A stretch of DNA of 64,000 nt from Trichoplax adhaerens (lineage: Eukaryota; Animalia; Placozoa), in contig NW_002060956.1 of assembly GCF_000150275.1 (NCBI RefSeq), positions 1,796,280 to 1,860,279 on the forward strand, given 5' to 3'. Below, piece after piece: positions 27,546-37,744 of the stretch; the first letter of the stretch is position 1; the number at the start of each line of letters is the position of its first letter. The notes below the pieces were generated by a model that searched no databases, was not told where the DNA came from, and was given only the letters and a program-made list of their open reading frames with translations. The position numbers and the translations under genes were made by a program.

Positions 27546-27939
27546 GAAGTAATTGATTTATTTTAACTATCGAAAAAGAATAAGATATGTAGCACGACTT
27601 ACTTAAAGGATACAATGATTATATACGATTATGGACAAAAATTTGCTCATTTTTAAAATGAGGGCAATTACAAAGTAATAATTTAAACGCATAAAGAGAT
27701 ATTTTAGTACAGCTATACGATTGCTTGACTAAGTATCAATTATAGCATGATATTATAATAACTGTAGTAGTTAGAATTTAATTTTTTTAGCATTAATGAA
27801 TGGCATCATTATAATACATATTAATGATAATTAATAAAGATATCGTTACAGACAGTAGTATTTCTAATATATAAAAAATTAGACAGCCTTACAAATACCC
27901 CTTATATTTGTTAAATGTTACGAAGCAAATTTAGGTAAA

Positions 27940-28987
27940 TTAATTGTCTGACGCACAGACTGCTACGCAAGCAACACAACAGAAACAGAAGCAGAAAAAA
28001 CCTACAATGATGTACCCGGCTGTAGTAATCCAAAAAGCAAATAAATAGAGCGTTTGGTTGCAGTACTTAATATCCATTGGATTAAAGGATGGTTTGTATA
28101 TACTGTAAATCCACACGTTACCGGCAATGAACCAAGCAATGAGAAAGCAAGTTATAAGGGTCTCGTAACTTTGCACGTCATTACTTTTAGAAGATTCCGA
28201 ATTATCGGAATCTTCCGAATCGTCCGAATCATCTGTATCACCCTTCGATACTTGTTGGCAAAGATCCAGAAGATTCTTGAGCAATCCAAAACTCCCAAGA
28301 ACAATTAAATATATTGGGATTTTAGGTTGTACTGGGCACTGGTCTTTGTATATTGCTCCTAGATGTTATTAGCTTAGGTTAGAATAAAATGTCTTTCTGT
28401 TGGCATACATAATTGATTAACACACGTATAGTATAAATGTATTACCTATAACAATCAGGGAGATTGGAATAGCCAGGAAGATACCCAAAAATATTGTGAA
28501 GCCAACTGTCATGGTTGAAATGAAAATTAATAAACGCTGATGATTCTAAATGCAAGTTATCGTTATAAATTGGTTTTTAAGACAGAAAATTTGATGACTC
28601 TTACATGTGCCAATAATCATTTTAAATATTTTTCCAAAGAACTGAGGATAGTTATCTGACTCTTCTCGCGTTCTGCGTATTTTCTTTACGACTTCAGAAT
28701 AAGATGGTGGTGGACCTAAGATTTTATAAATGAAGTTTGACGACATTTTTATTATACAACGTATAAATCTGATGACAGGATTTCTGCCCATAACCGAAGC
28801 AGTGTTATTTTTTTACGTATTTGCTTTCAAACCAAATTAAAGATATTAGATCTTCACCTGGAAATGGCAGGTAAGGTGGCGGTGCTTCCCGTGACTCCAA
28901 GTTTGTTGGTGGCGCTTCAGGATCTTGTGATCCGTACCTTGGTGGCGGATCAGCCACTAAAGTCGCATTGGTCCTATCGGTAGCCAT
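27940..28987 (-). CDS. TMEM272: TMEM272-like 4-TM protein with N-terminal PPxY motifs and Cys-rich C-terminus; 4 exons, about 239 aa
   Basis: Exons 28858-28987, 28605-28715, 28446-28505 and 27940-28358 splice in frame. Family motifs IGAIYKDQCPVQPKIPIYLIVLG, WFIAGNVWIYSIY and YCNQTLYLFAFWI. Confidence 0.85.
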
Positions 28988-29088
28988 TATCTCGCATTAA
29001 TCGTCTGTAAATCTGTTGTAAGTAATATTATATTGCAAATTCAATTAGTACATATCTAAGTATAAAAGATAATTCGTAGCTAAGAGGT

Positions 29089-29719
29089 TGTCACAAAACA
29101 GCTTTGCAACAAGATAACGCAATATACGATCAATAAGTCAATTCCTTGAACCACGTATCAAGGAACGATATCTGCACTATCACAACCACTTTTGCTCTAC
29201 TAGCAGACTACACAAAGACTTAAACGCCTCGTATTTTACGTTAAACACTAAGTTGGAGAATTCTTCTTTATTTCACGATACGCTGCATTTATATACTATT
29301 CCTCAATAGTTCATGAGTCATAGTTAATACAATTAACATTAGAATCATTTACTGAATTAGATATTAATTTTAGCTACTGCTCCCTTAATGCAGACAACAG
29401 TATTTACGAGCATAGACATGTAATGACTAATACAGAATAGTCAGATTACGATATGTCCTATCACGGAACATTTCCATGATAATTTACAGTCTACCATAAG
29501 TAAATTACAATCACAATGATTCGAACTGTAAGCAGATGATTTGCATTCCCTATTATAGCTATTAATTTCAGTATGTGTATAAGTGTTACTGTGATAAAAA
29601 GTCAGTGCTATATTAAAACACAGTATATCCAAATTAGAAGTTAACTAAATAAGGATAGTCTAATAGAATTATCCTAACATAGATATTTCTACTGTAATAC
29701 AGTATATAACACTGTAACA
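29089..29719. mobile_element. Solo LTR-like element, copy 1 (631 bp)
   Basis: Begins TGTCACA and ends TGTAACA (TG...CA with a short inverted repeat). Perfect 5-bp flanking duplication GAGGT (29084-29088 and 29720-29724). About 96-97% identical to 59615-60245 by manual count. Confidence 0.85.
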
Positions 29720-31659
29720 GAGGTACTTTCCAATAAATAGGAAAACGCTTATTAATTATAAACCTACTGGACAGGATAATCACATTTATATGGCTGATTA
29801 CATTTGTAGCAGTTGTGATTGAATTATTATCTCTTGAAATGATATCGCTGTTACATGAAGCACGTAAGGCATATCAATTATAATTATGAAGCCTTATTTC
29901 CCCGACAGTACCTGCTAAAACGATGGAGGTGAGAAATTCTTTTAAACTAATACTGCATAAGTTATTTCATTAATTAAGCAGTATTAGGTTAGAAAGATGT
30001 AAAATATCGTACATCATCTATAACGATAAAGTGTAGTAATAAGAAAATATGATGCAATTACATTGAACGTATAGAAATTTTAATAATATAATAAATAATT
30101 TATCAAGCATGATGCAATGTCAAAACAGAAGATTGAAATAAGATTAATCTTTAGAGTTAAAGCGTTCTTTCGGGTGTTACTTGTCTACATATTTTATGGC
30201 AGAATGATAGTTATATATTTTTTAACAGGATAAATCAAATGTAATATAACCTAGTAAATTTAAAAAATCATCAGCCACACGTAGTTAGTGTTACAATAAA
30301 AGGAATACATACAAAACCCCTCGAGGAAAATATCATATTCACTAAAATGTCTCAAAACGTGGACATTCGACTAACGTCCAATCCCAAGTTGAATAATTCT
30401 ACAATAAAATCATCTGCTATTTAATTCTCTTCCAATACAGTTTACTACGACAGATCACTTAGCCAGCTAATTTAAGTGTACAACAAGGAAAAATATACTC
30501 GATTCAAGCAAAGCGTTCTCAACCGTTGGATAAGAATGAATGAAATTTTAATTAATGGTTTGCTGCGTAAAAAATTTTTCTACCAAGAAATGAACAGCTT
30601 CACGTATAAATAGGCGTACACCGAATTATGCTATTGTACAGTATAGCAAAGAGATTTTACTATTCGCTGCTGATTATATTATTGAACAAATGGTAAAATT
30701 AATTGAAACAATTTAACAGACTAATACGATTCATTGATGTGTAGTACCTTTTAGATGACGGCAGTTTAGGAAAAATAAAAGAAAGGACAAACTTTAATCC
30801 AAGAGATTAACTAGTACAGCTGCTTTCGTAAGAGCAATAATAGCAAAATAGATCGGAAATAGACGCATGGAAAATTTACAGTAGTGTGTTATCACAACTG
30901 CGGATACATCGATCGACGTTCCTTCTTGATCAATATTATTGTGATATAATGTAGTGTTACATCATTTTTGCACTTGCAAAATACGCCCTTGGATATCTCA
31001 GTGGATCATTGTTCCAACTGACAGAGGACAATTTTAACAGTTTCATTTTTTATCACAAGAAGCAATTTAAAATGTGATACAGGACGACGAAAGCTTAACC
31101 ATACCAGATTTATGGGTAAGAGTTAATTTAAATTGTGTCTCGAAACAATAGTAGGAAATGAGGTAATGCTATACATTATTGATTTCATCTTTATATTGCT
31201 TTACGAATATTGCACATATAAAGTTATTGAATCTATCATGGATGTATCTGCTAATCCAATCTCTCATTTCTCAATTACGCGTATAACGACTTTATTACGA
31301 ACAAGTTGGAAAAATCGTCAAGACAATCCTCAGATTAAGTTAATAGCTGCTATATTCAATTACATTAAACTGAGCAAGGTCCACTATATTGACGTTTCAG
31401 CACGTAAATTTTTACGTATACCGGCAAAGCCCAAAATGTTACGAGTAGAACATGGTGTTAAATTTGAAATGCAAAGATACTATACTATTAAGCGTAAAAA
31501 TCCAGTATTTGCACGACATGCTGGGACAATTGTAAGAATTCGAGCTTATGCATTGTAGCACCTAGTAAAATTGAAATCATGCTGTCATTAAATCAATCAA
31601 AACGAAATAGCTATTGATTTTGCACTTGATGGATTATCTTTCTATCCACAGTAGTCATC

Positions 31660-32700
31660 AATCTGACAGCTTATTTTACAGGACTTTGATAAATGATGAA
31701 ATCCACTAATTTGAGCTGATTAGTGTACGTATGGCGTATTAACTCAATCAATGCGAATAAAATGATCAACGAATTTGAACTCGATAGACAATTTAGTTAT
31801 CAATAGTACTGTACATTTAACGTTCCTTGTTGACTTTTGATTGCATCGATAATAAATAATAAGATCATGTAATTTTATTGTTCTATATCCCTATATACTG
31901 TGCGTCCAGATTGATAAAAGATGCAGGCAATTAACATTTTAAATTTTTGAACTTTACTGTTTATTTTTCTTATAACTACATTGGTGACAAGTGATGAGAT
32001 GAAATAATTTTGATTCATTTCTATGATTAATGGTTTGAACTCGATAACCAATCTAATTTTTTTGCACCTTTTACCGATTAATTTTCCTGTAACTACAGTG
32101 CTGATGAATGATAAGATCAAATACAATATTAATTCATTTCTATGATTAACGATTTGAATTCGACAGGCTATCTATAAATTAAAACCTTTACAGCTTATTT
32201 TACTTAGCTACATTGGTAACAACTGATGAGATCAAATCAATTTTAATTCACTTTTACGTGTATTCGTAAGAATCCTACTTTGAATCAATAACGACACAAC
32301 TACCGTCGATTTCAGGCTTGATAGACTACAGTACTTATCATGATATATCATCAATACGCGTATTATTAGCGTATTTTTTACTAGGTATTGATTGCATAAG
32401 CGATCAATGTGCAAGAACCACTAATTTTAATAGTGTGCTCCATATCTATTGGACCTTAAAGCAATGCAGATAAAACGGCTCATGAATTTGAACTCGAAAG
32501 ATTACATATTTACGTACGACATTTGATGGAAATTAATAATAGCTGTTTGTCTTGAGCGATCCCATCATATTTGAACTCATAGTCAAGAATGAAACTAGGA
32601 CTAATGATGTTGAATTTGATCGACAATTTAGCTATACATTCGAGCAGCATTTTTAGTAGACTTTGATTAACGAATTTAAATTTAACGCAGTACTAAAACC
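31660..32700. repeat. Degenerate tandem array, clearest units about 115-117 bp
   Basis: Units start TAACTACA/TAGCTACA at 31973, 32090 and 32205. ATTCATTTCTATGATTAA and (A/G)TTTGAACTCGA motifs recur, the latter also at 31771 and 32485. Confidence 0.65.
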
Positions 32701-32776
32701 CTTAAAATAGATTCGATTTGCAAGATAGATCAAGATATTGCGCAGGTGTCGATGGTAAACGAAAACAATTCGTATG

Positions 32777-32857
32777 GTAGAATCAATACAATCCGAATCA
32801 ACAAAATAAGCTGTCAATTCCTGCCTATTTTGTTGATTCGGATTGTATTGATTCTAC
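32777..32857. repeat. Perfect inverted repeat: 32-bp arms, 17-nt loop
   Basis: GTAGAATCAATACAATCCGAATCAACAAAATA (32777-32808) is the exact reverse complement of 32826-32857. Confidence 0.95.
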
Positions 32858-35237
32858 ATATTTTCATCAGCTACTAGTACCACGTATTTGACTGACTTTT
32901 GAAAAATTTCAATTTTCTAACGCCCTTGGAATCAGGATATAATGTTCATTTTTCTTCCGTCCCGTGTCAATTTTATCACTGTTGTTAGGACTACGTATAG
33001 AGAAATGGAGTTGTAAGCGTCGATAAAATTTGTGTACAATTGGAGGGTTTACCGAACTGAAGAATTCCCCGTAGATTACCTTTTCTACGGCTAACAACTA
33101 CAGAACTGTAGATTCTGATACAACTAGCTAGTTCTGTAATAGGTACTGTATGTTTATTGGACAGCTGGTTGTTTGGATTCGTGTCAATGATAAATGATAT
33201 CAGAATTCCTATCACGTTCTCAAAAGTGAATTCATCATTTCCTATGGTACAGTAGTATGATACAGTATACTAAATGCCATCCAAGTTTTTGACTGAAGTA
33301 CCCGTAGTTGGCCTTTATTATAGTTAGTAACCACAGGATTAGACTATTATCCCGACCTCAAAAGCAAATCCTTCTTTTACTATAATAGTATGATACTAAT
33401 TAATTAGAATGCTATTCAAGCATTTCCACAGTTGCTAAAAACGGAACCGACAAAACAAATGCGAAATCGATAGTCAATGTGGTCGATATTTTGATTCTAC
33501 CTTTCAGTTTCTGCTTCAATATAGGATAGTAACTAATAAATGAGTAGCCATTTTGGATTAACTGACGGTCGACACGACCATCAAATTTATGTTGTTATAA
33601 TTAAAACAGAATACATCGAGCTTCTGTTTGTAACGCTATCATCAAAGGTCTCGATCGGCTGGGAGTCTAAATTTTGTTGAACTGTTATTAATTATATATT
33701 GGAATTATCATTGTATTAAAAGTAGTTAAGGGAAGAGTTTTATTTTTCTACCATGGTCACGACATGAGTAGTCAATTTTACTTGGTTACAAACTATCTAC
33801 TAACCCTCCCAGTTGATGATAGTAAGTAAATGAATCAAGGTTGCTGATGATAGCAGTAGAATAACACCGAGTCAATAATTATTAATTAAAAAAATACATA
33901 CACGTCTATACTATCTATCTACGAGAATAATAGACTAGACAACAAGAAATATTAATCAATTATTCGGCTCGGGATTTCATCAGGGTGGTATGGAAAAATT
34001 CGATGAAAGCTGATAGAGTACAGATGGTCTCTATCCCATCAACTTGTTCAATTCCTTTTAACAATCTACAGTACTCTTCTTTCGTGTGATAGGATAATAT
34101 CATGATTGGACTGGTACGATGTAGGTAATGATGTGGTAATGGCGATAAACTGTCATATCACGTACACTGAGTAACCGATATCCACGGTGCGGGAAAAGTT
34201 GTGGACAAGGTCGTGCGAGAAAAAATACTCGTACTGTAGCATCAGCATGGAAATTAGTCGAGATTAACACGAAGAGAAAGAAGGCATAGGCATGTAATGA
34301 AGGGCAAAAGGATAGACAGATTAATTTGGCAGCAGTAAAGATCTCATCATCCATATTTATTTCCAATTGCTCCATGTCTACCTACAGTAAGTCATACTAC
34401 TGTCTAGTGACTGTATACGGTATGTTGGGAACATGTTTTCTTCTGCCAGCACAGAATGTTACCGTCAAAAGTGACGAGAGAGAGAGAGAGAGTTGACGAC
34501 GGCATATCGTATCTAATTACTACATACAGTAGTACATACAGTAGTCCAAAAGGGTTTCTCAAAGCAGGAATGACTCAAGCAACAATTTTCCCTCACCTTA
34601 CCGAAAATTCTAGTTTTCAAGGTAAGGGCGTTGCATATCAATTGACGATCATGAACGATCAATAATCGCAATGACTATACAGTATACAGTATATCGATTT
34701 CTAATTCATTTCATACATTCCTATCCATACACAATCAATCAAAATAAAACGCCTATCCCAAACGGATAGAATCAAATTATACTACTGAACTTATTGGAGT
34801 CATTCTTACATATCCTGGAATATAGAATATCGCCGTACCGATGAGAGTTGTTGTGAAATTAAATTTCGATTGTCAAGCGACGTAAATTTTTCGCTGATAA
34901 AAAAGCCCAAATTAACCAAAGGTGCTGGAAGACTTGTCGTACGGTATGGCTGCTAATGCAAAGTACTGTACAGTACTGTACAGTCGAGAAAAGTCCTTCA
35001 TCAGTGTTGACTACGGAAAATCGATGACGTAAATAAAACAATAGACCTTCGGTGTACAGTACCGTAGGTATAGTACTAGTTCAAGTGTTGATATAAAGAA
35101 TAGTACTGTATTATGGTTAACATACATTACAGTCGATAGGCCACTCTTGCAGGGGCGTGGCTACCGTGTAGTGTTATTCAATGGTGAAGAAATGGACTTT
35201 CAATTTGGCTAGAATTCCATGCAGATACATCTGTACA

Positions 35238-35337
35238 ACCTTGAGCCATTGGCTCTTGATATGTTGATTCCTTTTTATCGCAGTATTACCTTGAGCCATT
35301 GGCTCTTGATAGGCTGATTCCATTTGATCGCAGTATT
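35238..35337. repeat. 2 x 50-bp tandem duplication, each copy carrying a GAGCCA-T-TGGCTC palindrome and a CCAAT box (minus strand)
   Basis: ACCTTGAGCCATTGGCTCTTGATA...ATCGCAGTATT starts at 35238 and again at 35288. Confidence 0.9.
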
Positions 35338-35392
35338 GAATAATTCTATTTCTACTTTCTAATACAAACTATCAGGCGCTTTTCGATGTATG

Positions 35393-35540
35393 GTCGCCCT
35401 GGGCAACCATTTTCTACAAGTCACGTGGTAATACCGGTCGACAAGTCCTTGGAGTACACTCAGACACTGTACAGTACCCATCGACCCAGAGAGCTCAAAG
35501 GAAAACAACCTGGTCACAGCTAGCCTGGAGTCTATAAATC
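35393..35540 (+). promoter_or_regulatory. BLOC1S6 proximal promoter: RFX X-box, CLEAR/M-box-like E-box, TATA-like box
   Basis: GTCGCC-CTG-GGCAAC (35393-35407) fits GTNRCC-N0-3-RGYAAC. GTCACGTGG at 35420-35428 and TATAAAT at 35534-35540. All lie within 250 bp of the ATG. Confidence 0.55.
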
Positions 35541-35642
35541 ACCATACTGAATCAGTTGTATTCAGTACTTAAAACTGACACAAAACCGATAGCAGTCTTT
35601 AGCACTCTGGCACTGATCGAGCGGCAGCAAATGCATTTACCG

Positions 35643-37348
35643 ATGGAAGAAGGAAGAGAGAAAAGCTCGACGCAACAGGATTCTGAAATAACTGCCCAAG
35701 ATGAGAGGATCGATCCAAATGCGACCATCCTAAGCCATTCTGTTTTATCTCTACTTGTACCAAAGGTTGAATATGTTCAGGGCAGCGTCAAAGAAATTAC
35801 GTAAGTGAAATGATGTCATTTTGCTTGGAAAGTGATCGATGAGTCACAGCGTGTTGGTTAGCTACTGCAAACTTTTGTCACTTTTTGCTAGATGCTGATT
35901 TTCATTTGTAGAGTATCATTGCCACTTTTATGACTTTCAACCTTCAATAGTATTGTAACAAATATTACCCTAGCCTTTGACAGTAGAAATTCAATCTATA
36001 CCACATGGATAAACTCTCCAAATGGCTGAAATGACAGAGGACCATTTTACCAGCAGTTTCAATTGTACCACAACTTAACGAGCAAAAGTACCCCCTTTAC
36101 TTGCTCTTACTTTATCAAGTACTCTACTCGTAGAAGTGTTATGAGGATTGATTGATTGTAATTTCCCGCTCAAAACATTCTTGAAATTAGATGGTTGTGC
36201 TTGAATGGACCTTCCATTCTTGCGATCGCTTTAAAGTTACCCGTTAGACACAACATAAACTTGTCATAAATAATAGTGCCCCGCTACAAGCACTACCAGC
36301 TACTTGAATGAATGTAAGGTCTCTTCCTCATTATGGTACGTGCTAGGGGACTCGTCAACGAACAGAATAGGCATAACTAAGTTGAATTCAGTATCTAAAC
36401 AACATTCTAGCGGACTATTATAATAAGAAAACGAATCTTGCCTAATAGAAATCATCCTATCGACATTGTTTGCCCTTAATCCTCAATTTGCTAGTCTTGT
36501 AGTGAATACGGACTGTAAGTTGCAGCGCAAGTGATCATGGGAAGGAAATGTCATGACACAAATGAATTGATCCCTAAAATCAACATTTCTACTTTATAAG
36601 ATACCCCTGACATACTGTGCAACTAGATATTATTAACGTTTACCATGTGGCTTTGCTAAGAAATCAACAAAAGTGTTGTATTCATTTTTCAGTAAAACAC
36701 AGAACGTCCTTGCCAAATCAGTCGAGCAAGAAAATGAAAAGTTTCGGCAAATTGGCTACATTCATGACTTATCAAATACTGTAAGATATGCAATCATCTC
36801 AAATTGCAATGTTGTTATCATTGATGGATTAATGGAAGGCATTTAGAGACTCGATAATACTGTTTTAATGATACTCATTTTGATACTTTGAGTGAGCTTT
36901 AGATGATTTGTTCATTTTCATGTGATATATTATCGATATCATTGGTATGTTAATGTCATTATAATTATAGTTTATTAGGTGCAGACGTTGCAGATTTAAG
37001 CTAGTCAATATCAGGAGAGAAATGTTGAATCTGAGCGATAGAATGAATAAATTAAAGGTAGGCAATCGTCGTGATTTATCACGCCAATCGTTTGTGCTCT
37101 TGATAATATAATGATACACTTACTACAATTCATTATCGATTACTCTTTGCTGTTACGTTTGCGGGTACTTATTCGTATGTTGCTTGTTTGTGCTGCTGTC
37201 ACTTGCAACCATGCAGAAACGTGCTGCAAGACTAAAGTCTATCCGCGAAAAGCAGCAGTTAAAGCAAGCCCAAGAAGAAGCCGAAAGACAAGCCTATCAA
37301 GCTAGCTTACTTGCTAAACCCGCCAAGCATTTAACAAATCAAAACTGA
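35643..37348 (+). CDS. BLOC1S6: BLOC-1 subunit 6 (pallidin); 4 exons, about 154 aa
   Basis: Exons 35643-35800, 36693-36780, 36971-37057 and 37217-37348. The spliced EITKTQNVLAKSVEQENEKF...KLVNIRREMLNLSDRMNKLKKRAARL...LLAKPAK matches recalled pallidin ELTQNQVVLLDTLEQEISKF...KLVNIRKEML...KLKKRALKL...LTARPAK. An alternative in-frame ATG lies at 35631. Confidence 0.92.
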
Positions 37349-37744
37349 AAAGATGATAAAAAGACTAAGACTAAGTTCATGCAATGAAATACTTGATTTT
37401 TTTCACGTATATAAGATAGCCATCACTGTACATTGTTTTTATATCCATGATATGAAGGATAACCGTACTTCGATTAATTATTAGCTATTGGTTATCGTTT
37501 TCGGATCTAGATAATTTTCAACAGTATCCTATCACGATATCATGGATTAGGATACTACGTTTAATAATTGCCAAACCATCTAAAAATTGATTGCAAATAT
37601 ACAGTGTTTTGCGAGGAATTGATAGTGTGGTTGTGCAATGGTGAAACAGCATGGTCATAAAAATAGATGAATACTCTTAGAAGCACATTCATTTTGGTGC
37701 TATGCAGTATCATAGTGTTATCTGAAAAACTTTATTTCAAATTT

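Noticed and set aside
27211-27615. 134-aa ORF in the track
   Set aside because: Artefact of reading through the N gap.
29441-29632. 63-aa ORF duplicated at 59967-60158
   Set aside because: It lies inside the LTR-like repeat, has a non-ATG start and shows no protein-like features. Its conservation just reflects repeat identity.
31133-31558. 141-aa ORF
   Set aside because: TTG start, no recognisable domain and no coherent splice partners. Likely chance.
34100-34375. 91-aa minus-strand ATG ORF
   Set aside because: No homology or compositional support. More likely UTR or regulatory sequence.
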